A stretch of 43,692 nucleotides of DNA from an uncultured Treponemataceae bacterium. Lineage in GTDB: Bacteria > Spirochaetota > Spirochaetia > Treponematales > Treponemataceae. Under the pieces are notes generated by a model. That model had not been told where the DNA came from. It was given only the letters and a program-made list of their open reading frames with translations, and did not search any database. Within the stretch, counting starts at the first letter, position 1, and every line of letters begins with the position of its first letter. Position numbers and translations under genes: made by a program. Below, piece by piece: positions 8,100 to 17,063 of this stretch. The stretch is from the NCBI GenBank assembly GCA_964369585.1, contig CAYJHL010000001.1:1-43692 (forward strand), in the 5' to 3' direction.

Positions 8100-9679
8100 A
8101 ACATAACGCCTTCATTTTTATGTAATAAAATAGATTCTTGCATGTGTGAAAGGTGAATATTTTTACTTTCACTCATGTCAGCGATAGTACGTGCTACTTT
8201 GATACAGGCATGTAATCCTCTGGCAGAGAACCCATAGCGAAGGGATTCTGAGTTGATAAAATCTTCCGTTTTAGAGTCTAAGTGGCAAATATTTTTTAAT
8301 TCAATTGGAGAAAGGTAACTATTAGCTTTACCTTGTCGTTTACGTTGAATACTTGTTGCAGCTTTTATTTCTTTTCTTAATTCCTCCGTTGTGATAGTTT
8401 TTTTGTTTTCATAGTCTTGTATGTGGTCTATATTCGCTCTTCCCAGAGAAATTCTAATATCAATTCTATCAAGCAAAGGAGCCGAAAAACGTCTCCAGTA
8501 TTGTTCCACTGCACGAGCACTACAAAGACATACTTTATCGGGAGAACCAAAATTCCCACAAGGACATGGATTAGAGGCTACGAGTAACTGAAATCGTGCT
8601 GGAAATTCTGTGCTTCGCCCTGCCCTACTTAATGTTACTTTTCCATCTTCTAAAGGGACTCTCAATGTTTGCAAAACAGAGGACTTAAATTCAGAGGCTT
8701 CATCTAAAAAAAGAATACCATTATGAGCCAATGAAATTTCACCTGGCCTGCAAAAAGGGCCTCCTCCTATCATCCCTTCAAGACTTGAACTTTGGTGAGG
8801 CATTCTAAAAGGAGGCTCTCGCATAAGACTTTCTTCTGGCTTTAGCTTGCCGGCTAAGCTATATATTCTTGTAACAGGTAGAGCTTCTTGAGTGGTTAAA
8901 AGAGGAAGTAAGGATTGAAAATGTTGTAGGGCTAATGTTTTTCCACAGCCAGGGGGGCCATAAACGATAAGGTTGTGTAAACCTGCTGCGGCAACCTGTA
9001 AGGCTCTTAAAAATAGTGGTTGTCCTTTTACGGAACTATAATCAAAAGACTCCTCTATAGGGACAAAGGAAACTTCTTCATGCGTTTCTACCTGTTTGTC
9101 CATGGTGCTTTCTTGTGAAACTACTTTGTTGTAAAAACTTTTAGAGTGCAGTTTAATTAATAAACGATATGCATCTTGAAGATTTTTAACAGTAAAAATA
9201 CGTATATTTTTTAAGCCAGCAGCTTCTTGTGCGTTTTCCTCTGGAATAATGCAAAAAGGAATTCCATGTTCTGCAGATGTTGACAGCGCTGCATGAATTC
9301 CTCGAACAGGGCGTACCCTACCTGATAATTCTAATTCTCCCATTACTAGAATCTCTGTATTTTCAAAAATTTCGTTGCGAGGTAAATTCTCACTGCTATC
9401 CGTTTTAAGTTTTTCTTGTAAAACGGCCAAGGCAATGGCTAAGTCAAATCCTGCTCCTTCTTTTTTAACATCCGCAGGAGATAAGCTAATAAGAACTCTT
9501 TCAAGGGGGAACTCAAAACCTGAGTTTCTAATGGCCGCGCGCATCCTTTCTCGAGCTTCTTTGACTGCATTGTCAGCAAGCCCTACAACTTCAACAAGAG
9601 GTATTCCGCGTCTTAAATCAACTTCAATAGAAACTAAAGCCCCTTCGTATCCAAAAGGCGAAAAACTTATAACTTTCAT
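8096..9679 (-). CDS. YifB/ComM family Mg-chelatase-like AAA+ ATPase
   Basis: Begins MKVISFSPFGYEGALVSIEVDL, a Lon-protease-like N-terminal domain. Also has GPPGCGKT (Walker A), ILFLDE, and a C-terminal Cys pattern CPCG...C. ATG 9679 is preceded by GGAG. The ORF-track TTG start at 9691 is rejected. Confidence 0.85.
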   Translation of the reverse strand: MKVISFSPFGYEGALVSIEVDLRRGIPLVEVVGLADNAVKEARERMRAAIRNSGFEFPLERVLISLSPADVKKEGAGFDLAIALAVLQEKLKTDSSENLPRNEIFENTEILVMGELELSGRVRPVRGIHAALSTSAEHGIPFCIIPEENAQEAAGLKNIRIFTVKNLQDAYRLLIKLHSKSFYNKVVSQESTMDKQVETHEEVSFVPIEESFDYSSVKGQPLFLRALQVAAAGLHNLIVYGPPGCGKTLALQHFQSLLPLLTTQEALPVTRIYSLAGKLKPEESLMREPPFRMPHQSSSLEGMIGGGPFCRPGEISLAHNGILFLDEASEFKSSVLQTLRVPLEDGKVTLSRAGRSTEFPARFQLLVASNPCPCGNFGSPDKVCLCSARAVEQYWRRFSAPLLDRIDIRISLGRANIDHIQDYENKKTITTEELRKEIKAATSIQRKRQGKANSYLSPIELKNICHLDSKTEDFINSESLRYGFSARGLHACIKVARTIADMSESKNIHLSHMQESILLHKNEGVMF

Positions 9680-9779
9680 GAACAACTCCAAAAAAAAGAC
9701 TTTATATATATCTTGTCTTTTTTTTGAAAAACGATAGACTTTTTTTGAATTTTATAAAAATTTCTATAAAATTAAATAG

Positions 9780-10631
9780 TTATACTTGAGACTTTAATCT
9801 CGGTAACAATTCTTGAAACCAAAACCGTTCTTCGATAGTATTTCCACCACTTGTTTTACCTATTTTTCTATCAGCGCGTACATGCTCACCATGAAAATCG
9901 CTTCCAGCTGTAATAAAAAAGCCAATTTTCTTGCCCATTTCTTCTAGTCGTTTCGCTTCAACAACACGTACCCCTGGATGCCATGCCTCCATTCCTTCAA
10001 CGCCTCTGTCAAAGATATTCTGTAAAACGGGTTCAATTTTTCCCCATGAAAGATAGAGAGATAATGGGTGGGCTAAAACAGGAATACCACCACTATCTTT
10101 TATTGCTATAATTGCTTCATCTAAATTAGCACCAGTTTTAGGGACATAAAAGGGTTTATTTCGGGCAAGATATTTATCAAAGGCCTTTTGTCGTGTTTTT
10201 ACAATTTTCTTAGAAACTAAAAAATCTGCAATATGGGGACGCCCCAAAGACTCCGTTTCGAACATATTTAATAGTTCTTCTACAGTGACATTTATATCAC
10301 AAGACTGCATTTTTTTTACAATTTCTTCATTTCGTGTATTGCGAGCTTCGCGTAAAAATGCGATAATGTCTAAAAGAGAAGAGCTCGGATTTTTTAAACC
10401 AAGACCTAATAAGTGGAATTCCCCTGTTGGCCATTGTATATTTAATTCAATCCCAGGGACAAACGTTACATTATGTTGTTTTGCAGAGTTTTTTGCTTCA
10501 GCCAGCCCGGCAATGGTATCATGGTCAGTGAGTGCCATTATTGACAGGCCTTTTGATGCTCCATATGCAATTAAATCTTCAGGTGATAATGAACCGTCAG
10601 ATGCATTTGAATGTGTATGTAGATCAATCAT
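9780..10631 (-). CDS. PHP-domain metal-dependent phosphoesterase (TrpH/YciV, RNase AM-like)
   Basis: Has MIDLHTHSNASDGSLSPEDL, ALTDHDT, AHP and DFHG, which are PHP histidine/aspartate motifs. Confidence 0.8.
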   Translation of the reverse strand: MIDLHTHSNASDGSLSPEDLIAYGASKGLSIMALTDHDTIAGLAEAKNSAKQHNVTFVPGIELNIQWPTGEFHLLGLGLKNPSSSLLDIIAFLREARNTRNEEIVKKMQSCDINVTVEELLNMFETESLGRPHIADFLVSKKIVKTRQKAFDKYLARNKPFYVPKTGANLDEAIIAIKDSGGIPVLAHPLSLYLSWGKIEPVLQNIFDRGVEGMEAWHPGVRVVEAKRLEEMGKKIGFFITAGSDFHGEHVRADRKIGKTSGGNTIEERFWFQELLPRLKSQV

Positions 10632-10637
10632 AAAAAA

Positions 10638-10646
10638 ACTATATCA
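10638..10646 (-). promoter_or_regulatory. extended -10 TGATATAGT (minus strand); leaderless arrangement for the PHP gene
   Basis: The minus strand reads TGATATAGT, then TTTTTT (6 nt), then ATG at 10631-10629. No SD is present. Confidence 0.5.
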
Positions 10647-10661
10647 TAAATTTTATTTTTA

Positions 10662-10697
10662 TGATATAATGAAAAAAATATAATTATGTGATATAAT
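10662..10697 (+). promoter_or_regulatory. two tandem extended -10 elements TGATATAAT (10662-10670 and 10689-10697) upstream of the cNMP regulator gene
   Basis: The identical 9-mer occurs twice, 27 bp apart. The distal copy is followed by GAGG (10705-10708) and ATG 10716. Confidence 0.5.
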
Positions 10698-10715
10698 AAA
10701 CATAGAGGTAAAAAA

Positions 10716-11975
10716 ATGCCAAAGGCAATGCAGTACACAAAAGGATCTATCATTTATTTCGCAGGCGATATGGATGAGAGAATCTTTATTCTCCAAAAGG
10801 GAATGGTTCTTTTGACAAGTACCGATATTGAAACAAATATACCCTCAACAGAGCATATTCGCGAAGGTGAATTTTTTGGTGTAAAATCTGCATTAGGGCA
10901 CTTTCCTCGAGAAGAAACAGCGACAGTGGTAACAGAAGCAAGTGCTATTGCGCTAACTGTACAAGAATTTGAAAAAATGTTTAGTGGAAATCGTCAAGTT
11001 ATTATGAAAATGCTTCGCGTTTTTTCTAATCAATTACGAGCAATTCATAAGAAAACGGAATCAATACTAAAAAGTGAAATTGATATAGATCAAGTAAGTG
11101 GAATGATTTCTGTTGCACAAAGTTTTTTTGATGACGAGCAATATAAAGCATGTTGTGATGTTTGTACAAAATTGCTTTCACGCTTTCCAAACACATCAAA
11201 AAAAGAAGAAGTTGCAAAAATATATGCTTCCTCTAAGCGCAGGTTAGATTTGCAAGGCGGTCGCTCTAAAAAAGCAGCACACATTGGAGATTCAGAGGAT
11301 GATTTAACAGGTAGTTCTTCTGCCCTAAAACAATTTTCTCTTCCAACCTTTTCTCGTTTTGCAAAAACATTTGAACCTGAGGCAGTTATCATTTCAGAAT
11401 ATGAGCCAGGTGATTCATTTTATCTTATTCAATCTGGGCAAGTACAATTAGTTAAATGTGTAAAGGGTGCTAAAAAAAATATCGATATTTTAAAGCCTTC
11501 TGAGTTTTTTGGTGAGATGGCAATTCTTGAAAATACACCCCGTTCTGCAACAGCTGTAGCACTAAATAAAGTAGAAGTTCTGGAATTTAATAAAGAAAAT
11601 TTTGAAGTTTTAATTATGGGTAATCCACAGATTGCACTTATTCTACTAAAACTATTTTGCAAAAGAATATATGATCAAAAACGTCGATTTAAGATTCTCG
11701 TTATTGAAGATTTACAAGCGAGAATTGCCGATGTATTCTTAATGTTTGATGAGATGAATAGAAATCCTCAAGGCCTTGATCGCTCGAGACAATTTAATCT
11801 TACTATTCAAGATTTATCACATTGGGCTGGACTTCCTTTTGATGTAGCTCGTGATGAAGTTAATAAGTTTGTTGAAAAACGAAAACTTGAAGTATATGAC
11901 ACCTACATGGTAGTTTCCAATATTGTGGATATGAGAAGAATCGTGGATACAAAAGCTTCGGTACGCCCTTCATAA
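10716..11975 (+). CDS. tandem cyclic-nucleotide-binding-domain protein with Crp-like C-terminal HTH
   Basis: There are two cNMP phosphate-binding-cassette-like blocks: FFGVKSALGHFPREETATVV and FFGEMAILENTPRSATAVA. The C-terminal LTIQDLSHWAGLPFDVARDEVNKFVEKRKL resembles the Crp/Fnr wHTH. Confidence 0.75.
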   Translation: MPKAMQYTKGSIIYFAGDMDERIFILQKGMVLLTSTDIETNIPSTEHIREGEFFGVKSALGHFPREETATVVTEASAIALTVQEFEKMFSGNRQVIMKMLRVFSNQLRAIHKKTESILKSEIDIDQVSGMISVAQSFFDDEQYKACCDVCTKLLSRFPNTSKKEEVAKIYASSKRRLDLQGGRSKKAAHIGDSEDDLTGSSSALKQFSLPTFSRFAKTFEPEAVIISEYEPGDSFYLIQSGQVQLVKCVKGAKKNIDILKPSEFFGEMAILENTPRSATAVALNKVEVLEFNKENFEVLIMGNPQIALILLKLFCKRIYDQKRRFKILVIEDLQARIADVFLMFDEMNRNPQGLDRSRQFNLTIQDLSHWAGLPFDVARDEVNKFVEKRKLEVYDTYMVVSNIVDMRRIVDTKASVRPS

Positions 11976-12005
11976 TACTCATAATGAGACTTTTCTTTTT
12001 TTCTG

Positions 12006-12044
12006 AAAAATAATTTGCAAAGAAGTTGCAAATTATTTTTTTTT
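12006..12044 (+). terminator. rho-independent terminator
   Basis: Perfect 15-bp stem: AAAAATAATTTGCAA (12006-12020) and TTGCAAATTATTTTT (12026-12040), with loop AGAAG. The T run continues to 12044. Confidence 0.7.
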
Positions 12045-12046
12045 AG

Positions 12047-12075
12047 TTGTAAAAATCAAAATTTTAGTATATAAT
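12047..12075 (+). promoter_or_regulatory. sigma70 promoter TTGTAA-N17-TATAAT; -10 ends 7 nt before ATG 12083
   Basis: TTGTAA is at 12047-12052 and TATAAT at 12070-12075. ATG 12083 has no SD. An alternative ATG at 12098 is preceded by GAGG. Confidence 0.6.
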
Positions 12076-12082
12076 CTTTGAT

Positions 12083-13762
12083 ATGATTTATGAGGTAATG
12101 CTAACGCTTTTTCCTGGACAAGAAGAGGATAAAGAGTTAGTAAAAAAAAGAGTATTAAAAATGTTAAGCGACAGTGGCACATATGTCGGGAGTTCCGAAG
12201 TATCAGCCATTGTGAGCAAAAAAAAGTCAATTGATGCACGTCGAAAAGACGTTAAGATTCATATACGATATGCAGTGTATGTAGGCGAAACACCGTCCGA
12301 TAGCTTTACTCCAGAGTGGAAAAAGGTGGATGCAACAAAGCAGGTTGTAATTATAGGTGCAGGTCCTGCAGGCCTTTTTGCTGCTTTAACTTTTTTAGAA
12401 AAGGGAATACAGCCCATCATCATTGAGCGTGGTTGTGAATCTTCTCAACGGAAAAAAGATATTGCTGAGATAAGCCGTACAGGTAAAGTTGAAGAGAATT
12501 CAAATTACTGTTTTGGAGCAGGTGGAGCAGGAACATTTTCTGATGGAAAATTGTATTCACGCTCTAACAAAAGAGGTGATATCTCTCATATTCTTTCAAT
12601 ACTTCATCATCATGGTGCAGACAAATCAATTCTATCGGATGCACATCCACACATAGGAACGGAAAAGCTTCCTGACATAATAACAGCAATTACAGAAACA
12701 ATACAATCTTTTGGTGGAATTATTCAATATAATTCAATATGCACAGGTTTTGACTTTGATGAAAATCATCACATAGCTGCAGTGGACATCGAAAATACTA
12801 TTACAAAAAAATCTGAAAAAATAATCGCACAAACAGTATTATTAGCAACTGGACATTCTGCAGACGATATTTATCGATTAGTTGCAAAATCGGCTGTTGC
12901 TCATGCAAGTGTTACAAGTGATAATATGTTATATGTTCTTCAGCAAGCTTTGGAAGCAAAAACTTTTGCAATAGGAGTTCGCCTTGAACATCCTCGCGAG
13001 CTAATAGATACTATTCAATACGGACAAGCAAACCAAGATTCAAACTTACCTTCAGCTGAGTATAAACTTACTGCCCAAATTGCAGGTAGAGGAGTTTATT
13101 CTTTTTGTATGTGTCCAGGAGGTTTTGTTGTTCCTTCTTCTAGCTCACAAAACCATTTGGTTATTAACGGGATGTCGGCATCAAAAAGAAATTCTGTTTG
13201 GTCAAACTCAGCTTTTGTTGTTGAAACTCGCCCAGAAGATATTCCTTCTGAATTTGGCAATGATGTTTTAGCAGGCTTGAATTTTAGAAACAGTATAGAA
13301 GAAGAAGCCTTTAAGCAAGCTTCTTTAGGAAAACAAAAAAATCCTCAAGCAGCCCCTGCTCAGAAACTAATAGATTTTTTGGAGGGCCGACTTTCAAAGA
13401 ATCTACCAGAAACATCATATGTTCCAGGCCTTGTTTCATCCCGCTTAGATTTATGGCTTCCGGAACATATCTCTCTTCGCCTACAGGAAGCTTTTCATGA
13501 ATTTGACAAAAAAATGAAAGGGTTTTTATGTGAAGAGGCTGTGCTTATAGCTCCAGAAACAAGAACATCAACACCTATTAGAATTTTACGTCATTCACAA
13601 ACCTGTGAAAATCCTGTTCTTAAGGGGGTTTTCCCTGCAGGAGAAGGAGCCGGTTATTCTGGTGGGATTGTTTCCTCTGCTATGGACGGGGAAAATGTTG
13701 CAAAAGCAATAATTACGCATGTATTTGAGGAAAAAGCGCATGAAAGTACTGTCGGACATTGA
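12083..13762 (+). CDS. FAD-dependent oxidoreductase (COG2509-like uncharacterised dehydrogenase)
   Basis: Has a VVIIGAGPAGLFAALTFLEKG dinucleotide-binding motif, plus GAGGAGTFSDGKL and PAGEGAGYSGGIVSSAMDG near the C-terminus. The start may instead be 12098. Confidence 0.75.
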   Translation: MIYEVMLTLFPGQEEDKELVKKRVLKMLSDSGTYVGSSEVSAIVSKKKSIDARRKDVKIHIRYAVYVGETPSDSFTPEWKKVDATKQVVIIGAGPAGLFAALTFLEKGIQPIIIERGCESSQRKKDIAEISRTGKVEENSNYCFGAGGAGTFSDGKLYSRSNKRGDISHILSILHHHGADKSILSDAHPHIGTEKLPDIITAITETIQSFGGIIQYNSICTGFDFDENHHIAAVDIENTITKKSEKIIAQTVLLATGHSADDIYRLVAKSAVAHASVTSDNMLYVLQQALEAKTFAIGVRLEHPRELIDTIQYGQANQDSNLPSAEYKLTAQIAGRGVYSFCMCPGGFVVPSSSSQNHLVINGMSASKRNSVWSNSAFVVETRPEDIPSEFGNDVLAGLNFRNSIEEEAFKQASLGKQKNPQAAPAQKLIDFLEGRLSKNLPETSYVPGLVSSRLDLWLPEHISLRLQEAFHEFDKKMKGFLCEEAVLIAPETRTSTPIRILRHSQTCENPVLKGVFPAGEGAGYSGGIVSSAMDGENVAKAIITHVFEEKAHESTVGH

Positions 13763-15425
13763 AATAGCACAAAGCAATGAAATGAAACCTATTGCTGAAA
13801 TTGCAAAAGACCTTTCTCTTACTGGAGAGGATTTTGATTTATATGGAACGTATAAGGCAAAAATTTCATTAAAAAAACTAAAAGAGTTTCAGTCAATATC
13901 TAGTAATCAACGAGGTAAACTTATTCTTGTTACGGCTATTACACCAACACCAGCAGGAGAAGGAAAATCAACCGTAAGTATTGGCTTAGCTGATGGATTA
14001 AAAGAAATTGGAAAAAAAACAGTTATAGCATTAAGAGAACCTTCTTTAGGTCCTTGCTTTGGAATAAAAGGAGGGGCATGTGGTGGAGGCTACTCTCAAA
14101 TAGTTCCCATGGAGGATATAAATCTTCATTTTACTGGTGACATTCATGCAATTTCAATTGCAAATAATCTTATAGCCGCGCTGATTGATAACCATATACA
14201 ACAAGGCAATGAGCTTGGAATAAACCCAAAAACAATTACTTGGAAACGATGTGTTGATTTAAATGATAGAGCATTAAGAAATATTATCATTGGTCTTGGT
14301 AGTTCTGCAGATGGCTTTACTAGAGAGGACCATTTTTCAATTGCAGTGGCAAGTGAAATTATGGCAATAGTATGTCTTTCCAAAACAATTAACGATTTAA
14401 AAGATCGATTAAACAATATTGTAATTGCAAAAAATTATGCAAAACAATTTGTTACTCTTGGAAGTTTAGGAATAACAGGGGCAATTGCCGCTGTATTAAA
14501 AGATGCTATAAGACCAAATTTAGTACAAACACTAGAGCATACACCTGCTTTTGTTCATGGTGGACCTTTTGCCAATATAGCCCATGGCTGTAATAGTGTG
14601 AATGCTACCTTAAGTGCTCTTGCTCTTGGTGATTATGTTGTAACAGAAGCAGGCTTTGCAGCAGATTTAGGAGCTGAAAAGTTTTTAGATATTAAATGTC
14701 GAAGTGCTGGAATAGAGCCGAATGCTATTGTAATCGTTGCAACTATTAGAGCTCTCAAAATGCATGGTGGGATAAAAAAAGAAGATCTTTCAAAAGAAAA
14801 TATTGAAGCTATTATAAAGGGTTTTGAAAATTTAAAGGTTCATGTAGAAAATATTTCAAAGTTTGGAGTGCCCTCTGTTGTTGCTTTAAATAAGTTTTAT
14901 TTAGATACACAAGACGAAATAGATACCGTAATGGATCTATGTAAAAAAATTGGTGTTACGTGTGTATTAAGCGAAGGTTGGGAAAAAGGTGGCAAAGGAA
15001 CTATCGATCTTGCAAAAACCATTGTAGATACGATTGAGACTAAAAAGGCCCATTATAAGCCTTTATATGCGCTTACAGAGCCTTTTACAAGTAAAATTGA
15101 AACAGTTGCAAAAACCATATACAGGGCAAAAAATGTTGAGTTTTCTCCACTAGCCTTAAAAAAGATGCAAGAGTACACTGATGCTGGTTTCGCTAATATG
15201 CCTATTTGTATTGCAAAAACACAGAATTCTATTAGCCATGACAAGTCTCTTTTAGGGGCCCCAAAGGACTACACATTTCCTGTGCGAGATGTGCAACTTT
15301 TTTCAGGGGCTGGTTTCTTAGTAGTGTTATCAGGGGATATTATGACTATGCCAGGCTTACCAAAAGTTCCCGCTGCATGCTCCATAGATGTAGATGATGA
15401 GGGGAATATTTCTGGGTTGTTTTAA
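13740..15425 (+). CDS. fhs: formate--tetrahydrofolate ligase
   Basis: Begins MKVLSDIEIAQ. Also has TPTPAGEGKST (P-loop), HGGPFANIAHG and a C-terminal ISGLF. ATG 13740 follows GAGGA and overlaps the upstream stop by 23 nt. Confidence 0.92.
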   Translation: MKVLSDIEIAQSNEMKPIAEIAKDLSLTGEDFDLYGTYKAKISLKKLKEFQSISSNQRGKLILVTAITPTPAGEGKSTVSIGLADGLKEIGKKTVIALREPSLGPCFGIKGGACGGGYSQIVPMEDINLHFTGDIHAISIANNLIAALIDNHIQQGNELGINPKTITWKRCVDLNDRALRNIIIGLGSSADGFTREDHFSIAVASEIMAIVCLSKTINDLKDRLNNIVIAKNYAKQFVTLGSLGITGAIAAVLKDAIRPNLVQTLEHTPAFVHGGPFANIAHGCNSVNATLSALALGDYVVTEAGFAADLGAEKFLDIKCRSAGIEPNAIVIVATIRALKMHGGIKKEDLSKENIEAIIKGFENLKVHVENISKFGVPSVVALNKFYLDTQDEIDTVMDLCKKIGVTCVLSEGWEKGGKGTIDLAKTIVDTIETKKAHYKPLYALTEPFTSKIETVAKTIYRAKNVEFSPLALKKMQEYTDAGFANMPICIAKTQNSISHDKSLLGAPKDYTFPVRDVQLFSGAGFLVVLSGDIMTMPGLPKVPAACSIDVDDEGNISGLF

Positions 15426-15431
15426 CCAAAG

Positions 15432-16103
15432 CTAGGATAATGCAGCTACATATTCTTCAAAGGTTTCAGAATACCATGTTGCCAAAGTCTTAATTTCTTC
15501 TAAGTCTCTTATTGCTGCTAAATCATACAATGCTGCTACAGGGTATCCTGCGTTAATAGCAGTTTTCATAGCGAAGTAAGAATCTTCAAATATTACTGTT
15601 TTATCAACCGATGTCCCAATTGCTTGGAGAGCCATATCAAATATTGCAGGAGACTCTGCTTTTGCACTTCCTGCTTCTGTGGATGTAACAATGCCTTTAA
15701 AATAATCTGCTATTCCATGTCCTTCAAGTGCAATCTCTACAAGGTGCCTATCTGTCGCTGTGGCTACATACATTGGTATATTTTTTTCTTTTAGAAGATC
15801 TAAAAATTCTTTCACAAAGGGCTTTAATGGGACGGTAGTATTGTATTCGTTTTCCATAACGCCATTACATTCTTTTACAATTTCTTCTTTGGTTAAATTA
15901 AGGCCATATGTTTCTTTTAAATATTGAGCGGTTTGAATGATTGTAAGGGGATATAATTTTTCATTTAACTTTTCTTCTGGTTCTAGATTTTTAAGTTTAA
16001 TATATGTACTTCCCATATTTTGCCATTGCTGCATAGAATCAAGTAATGTGCCATCGAGGTCAAAAATAGCCCCTTCAATTTTTTCCCATGTAAAATTTTT
16101 CAT
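15432..16103 (-). CDS. HAD-superfamily hydrolase (beta-phosphoglucomutase/phosphatase-like, subfamily IA)
   Basis: Has the IFDLDGTLLDS motif I, VATAT (motif II-like) and a FEDS motif IV-like block. Confidence 0.8.
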   Translation of the reverse strand: MKNFTWEKIEGAIFDLDGTLLDSMQQWQNMGSTYIKLKNLEPEEKLNEKLYPLTIIQTAQYLKETYGLNLTKEEIVKECNGVMENEYNTTVPLKPFVKEFLDLLKEKNIPMYVATATDRHLVEIALEGHGIADYFKGIVTSTEAGSAKAESPAIFDMALQAIGTSVDKTVIFEDSYFAMKTAINAGYPVAALYDLAAIRDLEEIKTLATWYSETFEEYVAALS

Positions 16104-16113
16104 TGTTTTTCCC

Positions 16114-17043
16114 TTATTTCTTTTTGAGGTGCCATATCAGGCCCTTGTTTTTTAATGCTACTAAGCCTCTTTTTTCTGCATCATGTGCAAGTTTTTTAAA
16201 CCTTGTGTAGCCATATTTTTTGTAATCTATATTTTTTGCTACATCAGCAAAAGGCTTCCATTCTTCAGATTGAAGAAGGGATAGAAGTTCTGTGAATTCT
16301 TTTGGAAGTCCTTTATGTGTTTGTGATTTCAACTGTAGTTTGTTATGCTCTTCTTCTGAGAATTTTATTGATGTTACTTTGATTGCAGCATTAATAAAGG
16401 CTTTCCATGTTCTATAGCCTAGTTGCTTCTCATTAAAATGTGAGTTTAGAAGTTTCATTCTTATTTTAACTGCACCTAAGAAAGGTTCTTTTCCTTCTTT
16501 GATCATTGCGGCAACGGCATCTTCCAGTAGCTCAAAACTTTGTTCTTTTGAAAGCTTTTTGCTGTTAAGAGTGTCTTCTTCGTTATCATCTGCTGAGTCT
16601 GTCGCATCAATTATGTCTCTGTAATCCTTAAAATCATCAGCCATTCTTAAAAGGTCTTCAGAAGCGTTTCTTGTTACGTCACAAATAACAAGTGTTCTTT
16701 TTCCGTATTTTCTTAAACTTTGTAATAAGGGGCGAAAATCTGCATCGCCCGTAATGAGTACAAATTTTTCGATATGGGGATACTGAAAGATAAGCTCAAC
16801 GCCTCTTGCAACCATTGCCATATCAGAGCTGTCTTTTCCTGAAGGCGGTATGTGCAATAGCTCAAAACTGTTGTCTGCAAGTTCTTTTGCTATCTCGGTA
16901 ATGTTTTTTTCATTCCAGTTTCCAAAAGCCATCGCATAGTTGATGTTACCTTCTTCAGATATAGAATCTTTTATCATTTGAACATAATGCATTCCTAATG
17001 GAGGTGTTACATTTTCAATATCCCATAAAATAGCTGTATTCAT
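16114..17043 (-). CDS. NYN (LabA-like PIN) domain protein with two C-terminal OST-HTH/LOTUS-like modules
   Basis: Acidic NYN residues are seen in WDIEN, KDSSDMAM and ITGDADF. Two repeats of about 70 aa follow. They end in ...LGYRTWKAFINAA and ...YGYTRFKKLAHDAEKRGLVAL. AGGAG (revcomp at 17050-17054) precedes the ATG. Confidence 0.7.
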   Translation of the reverse strand: MNTAILWDIENVTPPLGMHYVQMIKDSISEEGNINYAMAFGNWNEKNITEIAKELADNSFELLHIPPSGKDSSDMAMVARGVELIFQYPHIEKFVLITGDADFRPLLQSLRKYGKRTLVICDVTRNASEDLLRMADDFKDYRDIIDATDSADDNEEDTLNSKKLSKEQSFELLEDAVAAMIKEGKEPFLGAVKIRMKLLNSHFNEKQLGYRTWKAFINAAIKVTSIKFSEEEHNKLQLKSQTHKGLPKEFTELLSLLQSEEWKPFADVAKNIDYKKYGYTRFKKLAHDAEKRGLVALKNKGLIWHLKKK

Positions 17044-17063
17044 ATTTGTCTCCTAAGACGTAT

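Noticed and set aside
9690-9725. AT-rich hairpin AAAAAAAAGAC-N14-GTCTTTTTTTT between the PHP gene and the yifB-like gene.
   Set aside because: The stem has only 3 G-C pairs. It sits about 10 nt from the yifB-like SD and ATG, leaving no room for a new promoter. It is more likely weak structure within a co-transcript than a terminator.
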